Positions 10,981-23,439 of a stretch of 64,000 bases of DNA are shown one piece after another; within the stretch, counting starts at the first letter, position 1; each line of letters begins with the position of its first letter. Below the pieces are notes generated by a model. That model was not told the origin of the DNA. It ran no database searches and saw nothing but the letters and a program-made list of their open reading frames with translations. Position numbers and translations under genes: made by a program. This DNA comes from Neodothiora populina (Eukaryota), in contig NW_027191411.1 in the NCBI RefSeq assembly GCF_041146345.1, forward strand, positions 310,001 through 374,000. The letters are read 5' to 3'.

Positions 10981-13900
10981 ATGGCGCAACCTCAACAGCA
11001 AGGTGGCGGCCATTACGATGATGGCTATGCTCATCAGGGCGATGGTTATTATCACGATGATCAAAGTCAAGCTTATTACGACCATAATGGTCAAGCTGGT
11101 GGTTACGGCCACCAAGGTGAGGGTTACTACGACGAGAGGTTAGTCGAAATTCTTTGGATGTGAACGTGTGATTCTTATGGCTAACACGATCTCCAACAGT
11201 GGCTACGAGCACGGCGAGCAGGGTCCCTATCAGCACGATGCTGGATACTACGATGCGAACCATCAGGGCTACCAAGACGAGTACTACGACAACCAATACT
11301 ACGATCAGGGTGCCCCGGCTGCCGGACAGCAACGTGCTTATGGTCAACCCAAGCGTCGCGGTGATTCTGAGGAAGAGTCAGAGACTTTCAGCGACTTCAC
11401 AATGAGATCTGATCAAGCTCGTGCTGCAGAAATGGACTACTACGGACGTGGTGACGAGCGTTACAGCGGCTATGCCGATGGCCAAGGCCGTGGCTACCGC
11501 CCCCCATCGTCCCAGGTCTCATACGGTGGCAACCGATCCTCTGGTGCTTCAACGCCTGTGTACGGTATGGATTACTCTAACGCCCTTCCTGCCGGACAAC
11601 GCTCCAGAGAGCCATACCCTGCATGGACTTCCGATGCTCAGATCCCTCTCTCAAAGGAGGAGATTGAGGACATTTTCCTCGATCTGACCGCCAAATTCGG
11701 TTTCCAGCGTGACAGCATGCGCAACATGTTTGATCACTTGATGACGTTGCTCGATTCGCGTGCCTCGCGCATGTCCCCTAATCAGGCTCTCCTTTCGTTG
11801 CACGCTGATTACATCGGCGGCGAGAACGCAAATTACCGAAGGTGGTATTTTGCCGCCCATTTGGATCTCGATGACGCTGTTGGTTTTGCCAACATGAAGC
11901 TCGGCAAAGCCAGCCGCAGAACTCGCAAGGCCAGAAAGGCCGCAAAGAAGGCTGCCGCCAAAGCTGATACCGAGGAAGAAACCATCGAAGCCATGGAAGG
12001 AGACAACAGTCTCGAGGCAGCTGAATACCGCTGGAAGTCTCGCATGAACAAGATGTCACAGCACGACAGAATCAGACAGCTTGCCCTTTACCTTCTTTGC
12101 TGGGGTGAAGCTAACCAGTGCCGTTACATGCCCGAGTTGATGTGTTTCATCTTCAAGTGCGCAGACGACTACTACAGCTCTCCAGCTTGCCAGGCCAAGG
12201 TCGAGCCCGTCGAGGAGTTCACATATCTCAACAATGTCGTCACCCCTCTCTACCAGTACTGCAGAGATCAAGGCTACGAGATTTTTGAGGGCAAATATGT
12301 CCGCAAAGAGCGAGACCACGAAAAGATCATCGGTTATGATGACATGAACCAATTGTTCTGGTACCCAGAAGGTATCGAACGCATCATCTTCGAAGATAAG
12401 AGTCGTCTCGTTGATCTGCCCCCGGCCGAGCGTTACGAGAGACTTCAGGATGTACACTGGAAGAAGGTGTTCTTCAAGACCTACAGAGAGACTAGATCCT
12501 GGCTCCACAGTATCGTCAACTTCAACCGTATCTGGGTCATCCATTTGTCATTCTACTGGTTCTACACTGCCTACAACTCTCCTACTCTTTACATGGGTCA
12601 CTACGAGCAACAACTAAAGATGGTCGTGCCGGCGCCTGCCCAACGATCAGCTGTCGCTCTAGGTGGTACTCTTGCGTCGTTCATCATGATCTTGGCTACC
12701 CTTTGCGAATGGTCCTACGTGCCTCGAAAGTGGGCTGGTGCTGAACATCTTACCAAGCGTTTGATCTTCCTCATCATTGTCTTCGCAATCAACTTGGCAC
12801 CCGCCATCTACGTCTTTGCTGTCGGCCATAATAACGAAATTGCAAACGCTTTGAGTATCGTTCAATTGATAATCGCACTCATCAGTTTCATCTACTTCTC
12901 GATTGTCCCGCTTGGAGCATTGTTCTTCGGCAGCTACCTTAGTGGCAGGTCGAGGAAGTATGTCGCTAGTCAGACGTTCACGGCATCTTACCCTCGCCTG
13001 AAGGGCAACGACATGTGGCTTTCATATGGTGTCTGGATTGCGGTCTTCGGCGCCAAGTTGGCAGAGTCTTACTTCTACCTTACTCTGTCCATCCGTGACC
13101 CTATCCGTATCCTGTCTACGATGAAGATTCGCAACTGCATCGGAGTCACTTACATTGGCAACGTCCTCTGCCTGTGGCAGCCTAGAATTCTCCTGATCCT
13201 TATGTACCTCACTGATTTGGTGCTGTTCTTTTTGGACACCTATCTGTGGTACATTATCCTCAACACAGTTGTCTCTGTGGCTCGCTCTTTCTACCTTGGT
13301 GTTTCCATCTGGACACCATGGAGAAACATTTTCTCGCGTCTGCCGAAGCGTATCTATTCCAAGGTTTTGGCTACTACTGACATGGAGATCAAGTACAAGC
13401 CCAAGGTTCTCATTTCTCAGGTTTGGAATGCCATCATTATCTCCATGTACCGTGAGCATCTTCTTGCAATCGACCACGTCCAGAAACTCCTATACCATCA
13501 AGTTCCTTCGGAACAGGAGGGTAAGCGTACGCTCAGAGCCCCAACCTTTTTCGTCTCACAAGAAGATCACTCTTTCAAGACCGAGTTCTTCCCTGCCCAT
13601 AGTGAGGCCGAGAGACGTATCTCCTTCTTCGCACAGTCATTGTCAACTCCCATCCCTGAACCCGTTCCTGTGGACAACATGCCAACTTTCACCGTCATGA
13701 TTCCTCACTACGGCGAGAAGATTCTCCTGTCCCTTCGCGAGATCATTCGCGAGGACGAGCCTTACTCTCGAGTCACCATGTTGGAGTATCTCAAGCAGCT
13801 TCACCCCGTGGAGTGGGATTGTTTCGTCAAGGACACCAAGATTCTCGCCGACGAGACTTCCCAGTTCAACGGTGATTACGAGAAGACCGACAAAGATGCC

Positions 13901-16900
13901 CAGAAGAGCAAGATCGATGATCTGCCTTTCTACTGCATCGGTTTCAAGTCTGCTGCTCCTGAATATACCCTGCGCACCCGTATCTGGGCTTCTCTTCGAT
14001 CTCAGACTCTGTACCGTACTATCTCGGGTTTCATGAACTACAGCCGCGCTATCAAGCTTCTCTACCGTGTTGAGAATCCTGAGGTCGTGCAGATGTTCGG
14101 TGGCAATTCCGACAAGCTTGAGCGTGAGCTCGAGCGCATGGCCCGTCGCAAGTTCAAGATCTGTGTCTCTATGCAACGTTATGCCAAGTTCACCAAGGAA
14201 GAGCGCGAGAACGCCGAGTTCCTCCTCCGTGCCTACCCGGATCTGCAAATTGCTTACCTCGACGAGGAGCCTCCTCTCAATGAAGGAGAAGACCCCCGCA
14301 TCTACTCTGCTTTGATCGATGGTCACTCCGAGCTACTGGAGAACAACATGCGTCGCCCCAAGTTCCGAATCATGCTTTCTGGCAACCCTATCCTTGGTGA
14401 TGGCAAGTCTGACAACCAAAACCACGCCATCATTTTCTACCGCGGAGAGTACATCCAACTCATCGATGCCAACCAGGACAACTACCTTGAAGAGTGTCTT
14501 AAGATTCGTAGCGTCTTGGCCGAATTCGAAGAGATGACCACTGACAATGTCTCGCCTTATACTCCTGGTCTTACGACTCCTAAATTCGATCCTGTTGCCA
14601 TCCTTGGTGCTCGTGAATACATTTTCTCCGAGAACATTGGTATCCTCGGTGACGTTGCTGCCGGAAAGGAACAAACGTTCGGTACTCTCTTCTCACGTAC
14701 ACTGGCTCAGATCGGTGGCAAACTCCATTATGGTCATCCTGATTTCCTGAACGGTATCTTCATGACCACTCGTGGTGGTGTGTCTAAGGCACAGAAGGGT
14801 CTCCATCTGAACGAGGATATTTATGCTGGTATGACTGCGCTCCTTCGTGGTGGCCGCATCAAGCACTGCGAATACTACCAATGTGGTAAGGGTCGTGACT
14901 TGGGTTTTGGCTCTATTCTCAACTTCACGACCAAAATTGGTACTGGTATGGGTGAGCAGTTCTTGTCCCGCGAGTACTACTACCTTGGAACTCAACTACC
15001 GCTCGACCGCTTCCTGTCTTTCTACTATGCCCATCCTGGTTTCCACATCAACAACACCTTCATCATGTTGTCGGTCCAGCTTTTCATGTTCTGCATTCTT
15101 AACTTGGGTGCTCTACGTCACGAGACCATCGTGTGCAGATACAACCACAACCTGCCCATCACCGATCCCCTGATGCCTACTGGCTGCGCCAACCTTGTTC
15201 CTGTCCAAGACTGGATCGAACGTTGCTGTGTGTCAATTTTCATCGTGTTCTTCATCTCCTTCGTTCCCCTCACCGTTCAAGAATTGACGGAGCGCGGTGT
15301 ATGGCGTGCGGCTACTCGTCTTGCCAAGCATTTCTCGTCCCTTTCCCCCTTGTTCGAGGTTTTCGTCTGTCAGATCTACGCCAACGCCCTTCAATCAAAC
15401 TTGTCGTATGGTGGCGCCCGTTACATTGGTACTGGTCGTGGTTTCGCAACTGCACGTATGCCATTCGGCATTCTCTACTCGCGATTCGCCGGTCCTTCCA
15501 TCTACCTAGGCTTCCGCCTACTGCTCATCCTTCTCTTTGGAACCATAACAATTTGGGGATACTGGCTTCTTTACTTCTGGGTCTCTCTGCTCTCGCTTTG
15601 TATCTCACCATTCGTCTTCAATCCTCACCAGTTCGCATGGGCCGACTTCTTCATCGACTACCGAGAATTCCTCAGATGGTTGTCTCGCGGAAACAGCAAA
15701 GGCCACGCTGCCTCGTGGATCGGCTTTGTTCGTCTCTCGCGTACTCGCATCACTGGTTTTAAGAAGAAGGTGCTTGGCGAGCCATCTTCCAAGCTTTCCG
15801 GTGACACCCCACGTGCTGGCTTCAGCAACGTCTTCTTCGCCGAAATTGTCGGTCCTCTATTCTTGGTTGCTGTGACCTTCATTCCTTACCTTTACATCAA
15901 CTCCGGAACCGGAATTACTCGCGGCAAGAACCCTGGCCTTGAAGCGAACGATCCTAAGCTTCAGCCTACCAATGCTATTGTGCGTATCGCAATCGTCGCG
16001 TTCGCTCCAATTGGTGTCAATGCTGGTGTTGCTGGTGGTTTCTTTGGCTGTGCATGTTGTTTCGGTCCTATCTTCGGCATGTGTTGCAAGAAGTTTGGTG
16101 CGGTCTTGGCTGGTATTGCACACGCAATTGCAGTCATCGTGCTGATCATTTTGTTCGAGGTCATGTTCTTCCTTGAAGGCTGGAACTTCACCAGAACCCT
16201 TCTGGGCATGATCGCATCTCTTGCCATTCAACGCTTCATCTACAAGCTCATTATCGCGCTTACTTTGACCCGTGAGTTCAGGACAGACTCATCGAACATT
16301 GCCTGGTGGACTGGCAAGTGGTACAACATGGGCTGGCACTCGATGACTCAACCCGGACGTGAATTCCTCTGCAAGATCACCGAGCTTGGTTACTTCTCGT
16401 CCGATTTCTGTCTCGGCCACATTCTGCTCTTCATCATGGTTGTGCCCCTTTGCATTCCTTACGTTGACACTTTCCACTCGACCATGTTGTTCTGGCTCCG
16501 CCCCAGGTACGTAATAATGATTTGATACGTTTTTCCTAATATTCTCTAACCAATTTCGCAGTCGTCAAATCCGCCCTCCCATTTACTCTCTGAAGCAATC
16601 GAAGCTTCGCAGACGCCGTGTCATCCGATACGCAATCCTTTACTTCACGCTTCTAATCCTCTTTGTGGTGCTTATTGTAGCACCAATCATTGCCTCAAGA
16701 TTCGTCAAGGATCTACCCTCAATCCCAATGAATCTGGTGCAGCCCACCGGACTTAACAACAACGACACCTCTGGAAAGAAGACCGGTCACGGTCTGCCAG
16801 GCGTGCAAGTAACATCAGCAGCGTCTGGATCTGGTGCTGTTGCTTCTGGCTCTGCTGCTGCTTCTGCCTCTGCCTCAAGCACTGACTCGGCAGCTCGCCG

Positions 16901-16928
16901 CTGGGTATTCAACGAGTTTGCGTACTAG
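10981..16928 (+). CDS. FKS1: 1,3-beta-glucan synthase catalytic subunit (GT48), 1943 aa
   Basis: Exons 10981-11138, 11200-16506 and 16562-16928. Motifs [45 protein letters not shown] and [10 protein letters not shown], plus multiple TM segments. Confidence 0.99.
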
Positions 16929-17804
16929 ATGTTATGACCAACGGAGCTCAATTGTTCGTATCTACAATAGAAAGGAGTGGTTAGGGGTTGGCTGCGGAGT
17001 CAGCGAGATTGTTGACTGTTGATTGTTTATTATTTGTCTAGCCAAGGGCCTCTGCATTTAAATTCAGGCGTTATTTCATTCTTGAACACAGCTGTGTACC
17101 ATAAGGGCAAAGCGGGAGAGCTTCACTTTCTATCCCTACGATGATCATTATGGTCTTAGTCACCACCGGGGGCATCGGGGATTACCTTGAGTGCGTATGT
17201 CATTTGCTTCTGTTCATCGGGAAAGGAATACGGCCCGTAGGATCAATCTTTGTCTATAAAAAGATGCCACCATTTCTCTACGATTTTGTTGAAATTGCCT
17301 CTGTGAGATTAATACTTTGAAGTTGCCATAGTAAGATTGATCGTACAAAGTGGTTCGACACAGCAGCGAATGAGAAGTCCGGATAATGCTCGGGTAAGCA
17401 GGCCTCCGTCGGCGAGCTGTAGTGATATTCGAAGGAGGGGTTGACATGGGCGTAGAATGTATCCCACCAGACACCTAGCTAGCACGCATTATCGAGTATA
17501 ATAGCACGTACTCGATATTACACCTGTCCGTCATTGGTACGTCCATATTCCATTCACTAGGTTTTGCGGACTTGGTGAGGTTGATGGCTGTCGTGACTCG
17601 CGATGCCCGAGATGTCGTCGAGTCAAGGAAGGAGCGACACGTCAATGGCTGTAGTTGCCTGTCCAATCCACGCATGCCCTCTTTCGTAGCGCTCAGGCAT
17701 CTCATTCACCTCAAGTCCTTTCGTCGAAGTGAAGATAGACTCGAGTGAATGGGCAATGAGCTGACCGACAGTAGTGCTATCTTGCCTCGAAACCGCCTCT
17801 CAAG

Positions 17805-19529
17805 ATGCCCGCCATGCTCGATGACCCAACGGCGGCCATCATATACCGTACTTCAGGCGAGGCTCCATACCCTCGACCTCATGACTCTTTGCCGGCGAGC
17901 ATTACGCCTCGTCATGTCACGCTACGCGATCGGTCTACAATGGCAACTCTCGTCCCTTTCTCCACGCCAGCCCAGGTTCCAAAGTCTCTCGTCGCCTATC
18001 TTTGCGCGCTTCTAAACCGCGAGATCGGAAAGGGTGACACGTATCCCATGGTCAATCTGCTCACCGAAGACAGCTTTGGCCCATATTGGTTCGCGAACTT
18101 TGGTGCTGTCATGTTGCTCGGCGAGCTGGCCGATGTGGAAAGTGTATGGGCCATGGAGCGCGAGATGGAAGCTGCTGGAGAATGGAATTGGGGAAAGAGA
18201 TGTCTGGGCAGTTTCTATATAAAGCCTAACTATCCAGGTAGGTCGAGCCACGTCTGCAACGGCGGCTTCTTGGTCACGGACGCTGCTAGGAATCGAGGCG
18301 TCGGTAGACTGATGGGAGAGGGATACTTGGAATGGGCCCCGAAATTGGGCTACACTTACTCTGTCTTCAATCTCGTCTACGAGACAAACATTGCCTCCGT
18401 GCGCATCTGGGACGCACTTGGCTTCAAGCGTATAGGTAGAGTGCCTGGTTGTGGCAACCTCAAATCTCACCCGGATACTCTTATCGATGCCATCATCTTT
18501 GGGCGTGATCTCAACGGGGAAGCCGAGGATTACCTGTCCGAGGAGCGCTTTGACAAGATAAGATACTACCTCAAGACAGGCATGTATCCTAATGGAAGCG
18601 ACCGCGCCGAGAAGAGCCGTCTGCGTAGTGCTGGTGCTCACTACAGACTTGTCACCGATCGCGAGAGCGGCGAAGAGAAACTGATGCTGAAGGACAAAGA
18701 AGTCATCTCCGACCCTCAGAAACAGTACGAGATCGCTCACAAGACACATTCCATTGCCCATGCTGGTATCAACAAGACCACCGCCAGTATTGCCGACAAG
18801 TATCACTGGATACGTATCAAGGAGACTGTGTCCCAAGCGATCCGCAACTGTGCCGACTGCAGAGAGACTAGCAAACCGGGAGGTCAAGCCAAGCAAGCAA
18901 AGGCGAGCACTACTACAGCGCCAGAACGCCAGCCGAGCCCGCGAGGTGGTGTTCCGCAAGAGCAGCGTGACTTGTCGCCATCCTCCGGTCAGGTTTTGAG
19001 TCAAAACCATTCCGCATCGGCCACGCAGCAGCAGCAGCAGATGCTTCACTCTCCTGGGACTTCTGCTGCTCCTACGTCCCTAGAGTATCATCACCATCAA
19101 GAACCCCTGAGTCCTTCTCATGTAACAGACCATCATGAGCAACACCAACACCACATGCCTGCTTCTATGGACGATATACATGCTCCTTTTGACGACTACG
19201 ACGCTATGCCCGTTGACCCCCAGATCATGGAATATGAGGCGCGAAACTTCGGTACAGATCCCAATGTCGCGCAGCAACAACACCAGAGCCAAGCTCAGTA
19301 CATGCACCCCATGCATGATCATGACAATAGCTTGATTGTTACTGACGATGACGGGACCTTTATCAGTGCTTCTCAGCCCCATGGCACCAACAACTTCTTT
19401 GACAGCCAGCAGCAGCAACACCAATGTATTTCCACGGAACTAGGAGGCGGAAATGGCGGCGTGCGCGCTGCACTGCTAGAGGAGCAGCAAAATACGGAGG
19501 ACCAGTTGCATGAAAGTATGAAGGACTGA
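17805..19529 (+). CDS. SPT10: Spt10-like GNAT acetyltransferase with H2C2 zinc-binding domain, 574 aa
   Basis: GNAT core LGSFYIKPNYPGRSSHVCNGGF...RNRGVG...YSVFNLVYETN; Zn motif HSIAHAGINKT...CADC; Q/H-rich tail. Confidence 0.9.
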   Translation: MPAMLDDPTAAIIYRTSGEAPYPRPHDSLPASITPRHVTLRDRSTMATLVPFSTPAQVPKSLVAYLCALLNREIGKGDTYPMVNLLTEDSFGPYWFANFGAVMLLGELADVESVWAMEREMEAAGEWNWGKRCLGSFYIKPNYPGRSSHVCNGGFLVTDAARNRGVGRLMGEGYLEWAPKLGYTYSVFNLVYETNIASVRIWDALGFKRIGRVPGCGNLKSHPDTLIDAIIFGRDLNGEAEDYLSEERFDKIRYYLKTGMYPNGSDRAEKSRLRSAGAHYRLVTDRESGEEKLMLKDKEVISDPQKQYEIAHKTHSIAHAGINKTTASIADKYHWIRIKETVSQAIRNCADCRETSKPGGQAKQAKASTTTAPERQPSPRGGVPQEQRDLSPSSGQVLSQNHSASATQQQQQMLHSPGTSAAPTSLEYHHHQEPLSPSHVTDHHEQHQHHMPASMDDIHAPFDDYDAMPVDPQIMEYEARNFGTDPNVAQQQHQSQAQYMHPMHDHDNSLIVTDDDGTFISASQPHGTNNFFDSQQQQHQCISTELGGGNGGVRAALLEEQQNTEDQLHESMKD

Positions 19530-20966
19530 AAATCTGAATCGTCGAACAGACATATACATATATAGTTTAGATCCACTCTGATCCTCGTATGTTCCGAAGG
19601 ACAAACACAGTGATCACACTTCAGGTCAAGTTCGAGGTGGACCTTGACACAATTCGATCAAATCATCCTAAATTCACTCGAGCTTTCTAGATTAATGGCA
19701 ATTGGGATATACCTTTTTTGGACCTGATAGATTGTTTTGAGAATCAACATGAGATGTCGAAGACACGCCTAGCATACGACTGCCCTCGTGGCATCCCTTG
19801 ACTTTATGTTTGACAGCTTGCATAAATATGACGAACAACCCTCACCTTGACGACCTCGAGTCAGCAAGCAGATATTTATGGAGATGTTCCAGGGCTCCAG
19901 CAAGTGATCTGCGCAGGGATCCTGCCAAGACCGGAAGGAAGGCGCACTCCGGCCCCCTGGCGTGTAATCTCGACACGGCGAGGAATGCTTGAACGGCACG
20001 TTGTGCTTTGATACTGATCATCAATACTTTAGTGTTTTTTTCTGGTCACTGCAGACGTAGAGACTTCGAGTCGCTGGACCTGATGAAAGAAACGGGTTGC
20101 TGCTATCGACAACATGAAGCAATATGTCATCGAATGCGTCGAATGTGCCCTCTGAGCCTTTCCCCCTCCACCCACCTGCTTACGACAAGATCAATATCAG
20201 GGACGATCCTGGAGTCCTTGCAAGACATCACGTGGCCATACTTCGGCATGCTTTATGTCTGTTCGGTGGCTATCACTAGGCAACAGGGTTAATATCTCCG
20301 TGTTGCACAGCACTTCCTGACAAGTATGCAAATCATTCCATTCACAGCAGTAACTCCGCCGTATCCATTGTAGTCAGGTCCACAGGCCCGCTCAGTATAG
20401 CACAGCACACAGACCAAAACAGACCGCTATTCGCCTGGAAACAACGCTTTTGCATTGCCCAATTAGATTTCGGTCAACCCTGCCGAGCATGTTGTCGTAA
20501 TGAACTTTACTACACACATATTACAACTCAAAAGGGGAACTGGTGTTATGTGACCGAAGCCAAAATCATAGTGAAAGGGTCTGGCATCACCGTCTACTAT
20601 ATGCCAGATGTCGGTGACATGATCCACAGTTCAGACAGCCGTGGGACCCTTGAGAATCTCAGGTTCACCTAATATGAAGGACTATCCAGACGTCCTGTTG
20701 ATTGGCAAAAGATGGCGCGGACGTCACAAAGGGGTAGAGACCCGAGTCATAGAATGCGAATCCTTATGGTAATGTGAATTCCAGCGCAGTGGTTCATTCA
20801 GTGGCGACTAGATGTGATCAGAGACCATAGGCGCCAGTGACTCCATCACTGAAAATCATGCGCTATTAAGCAAGGCTGCCAAGTCATCCTAATTCCTTTC
20901 ATATAGCTAGACAGATCTCCTCAGTATGGAGCTGGCGCGAAAACCTCTTCGTAGACCTGGTCAAAC

Positions 20967-23439
20967 ATGGTCGGCAAGTGGCTTGAGGCAGATGCACATC
21001 AAGATCAAGATATTCTAGACTGCGAGCAGCAGCCCGAGTACTATAGATCGGACGAAAGGCAGTCTGAGCATGAGAAACCATCCCAGAACGGTACCTGGAG
21101 ACAAATGTATCCCGTTCCCCTTCTTGCTTCGAATAGCTGTGACGACGGCTGACAAGGCACGGCACAAGACTATGGATAGCCAGTGCTGCAACTTCGATAT
21201 CGACCACAAACTACATACTTAGCTCGACTGCTTGTCGTATGTCATTATGGAAGTATGCCGAAGTGAAACAAAGTTGACCGATCTACAGACTATCGTATGT
21301 CTTGTACCAGTGAATTTACCTAGCCTTGCTAACTTCACAGCCTGGCGTCTTCTTCTTTACCAGCAGTCCGTGGCTATAGGCATATTAACTGTGCGAAGTG
21401 TGATCACAGAGAAGCACGGCTTTTCGAATCTTATATCACGACCTCAAGTGTTCCTAGGTATTAAGGACTGTATTGATGAATCGCTATCTGTGTCTCTGCT
21501 GGCCGGCTGCCAAGTCGTTTGCACGGCATTGTCGTGGATCTTCTTCAGTCAGTCGATACTGCATTTGTCGAGTCTACCGGTTACTCTCATGTTCTCAGTA
21601 AGGGGATTTCTTCTTTCCTGATCGTTTCAAGCTAATGTTATGCTGCAGGCGATCGCTTGTTCAGTCGACATGACTCTTTTTCACGTATTCTTCAGTACGA
21701 GTAATTTGGGCTGGGGCAAAGCAAGAACGATATGTCTGCTCGTTGCCAGCACTAGCATTATACTTGGTGAATACAGACTTACGGTCAATGGACTTGTCAT
21801 GGGTTTGATAGCAATGGTCTTGACTGGAGCCTCGAGGACCCTCTCCAGACCACAAGAATCGCCCTTGACGACAAGGATGCAGTACTCAACCTTGATGGCC
21901 ACCGCACTATTTTGCTCGATGGTGACTGGCCTTCTGACATTGATCTTTGAAAGCACACACGGTTCGTCCTTGTTCTCGAACCCAGTGTTCTACCTGAACA
22001 TCATAGCAAGTGGTGTATCGATCGTCACTGGAGCATCTGTCATCCTTCCGATACATCTACACCAGCGAGAATCTGAGACGACAGAAAATAAGGAGACACA
22101 AAGACAGGTCACATCAAGGTATCAAGTTTCTGCATTTGCAGCTATGGGTTTATCAATTGGTCTTGTACTGCAATCTCGCATTCCCCCAGTTGTAAGCATT
22201 GCTCAAGCAGTGGCGTTCTGTGTGGCGGCTGTTTGTTCTATTGATGCATTCTTCACCAACAAGCGAGTAGTGTCCGATGCAGCATCCATTGACTTTCCAG
22301 AAGCTGCCATATCCGAGGTAAGCGTAGAGTCGGGATGGCTCAAGTATCTACGAGACACTGCTGGTGGTGTATTATCAACGTTTCGACTCCCGTCGAGACA
22401 AGAGTGGAACGCCTCCTCTTCGGAACGACGAGATTGTCAAGGTAGCTCTGCTAGAGTTTCAACCATGCTGCTCAAACTGACAGGTTTGATCTGGCTTTTT
22501 GCTTTTGCAAGCATCATCTCACCACGGAACTATGAGCGCCAAATGCCCGCCACACAGCTCGACAACGCCTATGAACCTCCAGCTGAGTTCGACGTCGTAG
22601 TAAGCATGTACGGAGAATCGCCAACCTTAATCACCAACATGATGTCGGCCCTGTCGAGAAGCTCCTTCATTCGCGAGAGAGACTCTCGCAGACTGTTCAT
22701 ATACACCAAAGACACAGCCGCGGACCTGGACAAGATCAAAACCTTCACAGGCGCAACGGCCGTGACGCTTCTCCCGAACAAAGGGCGCGAAGGCGAGACA
22801 TACCTGCACCACATAACGACGCAATGGGACAATCTAGCGCGCCACACGCTCTTCACGCAAGCCGAAGTCCACAACCCTCGCGAGACATACACTCGGATCC
22901 GCGACTACTTCGTCTCGGACACAGGCATGTTGAGTCTAGGCTTCAGCGGGCACGTATGCGAAGACTGCGAGTCGTGCACGGACAGATGGGGCTGGAGCGA
23001 CGACAGCAGCCGCGTGGTGCCAGACCTCTACTCGAGAGTCTACGCCAACGAAAGCTGCGCCGCGTCGAAGACTCCGATCCTCTTGTCGTACAAAGGCCAG
23101 TTCATTGCCTCGGCGCAGCGTATCCGCGGTATCGATCGTGATATCTACGCGGACTTGCACACGGCTTTGGTAGACGAGGACAGCTGGGCGCATGATGTCG
23201 ACTATCTACATGGAAGAAAAGACGACATGAACGCGCCTGTGCTGGGGTATACGCTCGAGAGGATGTGGGGGTTATTGCTGCAGTGCTCTGGAGACATGAG
23301 GATCGCGGCCAAATGTCCTAGTTTGCTGAGTGGGCTGAGCGGATGGAGGAAGAAGACGACGACGTCTTTTTGGTCCATGAGATGGGGCAGTGATGAGGGG
23401 GATCAAGGGCTCCGGGATTGTCAGTGTTTGGACTCCTGA
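20967..23439 (+). CDS. Membrane protein: divergent TPT/nucleotide-sugar-transporter-like N-terminal half fused to a DUF3431-like C-terminal domain, ~753 aa
   Basis: Proposed exons 20967-21106, 21169-21236, 21289-21294, 21341-21597 and 21649-23439 (2262 nt, in frame). The N-half has many TM segments and TPT-like features (LWIAS...NYIL...HYP; LGEYRL..NGL). The C-half has the DUF3431-type motif PNKGREGETYLHHITTQWDNL...FTQAEVH and GYTLERMW. The first exon is the least certain. Confidence 0.7.

Noticed and set aside
10981..16928. FKS1 as a self-resistance gene in an antifungal biosynthetic cluster
   Set aside because: No NRPS, PKS, terpene cyclase or tailoring genes in the window; the context is housekeeping.
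18012..19049. 345-aa ORF antisense to SPT10
   Set aside because: Fully overlaps a well-supported gene and has no domain signal.
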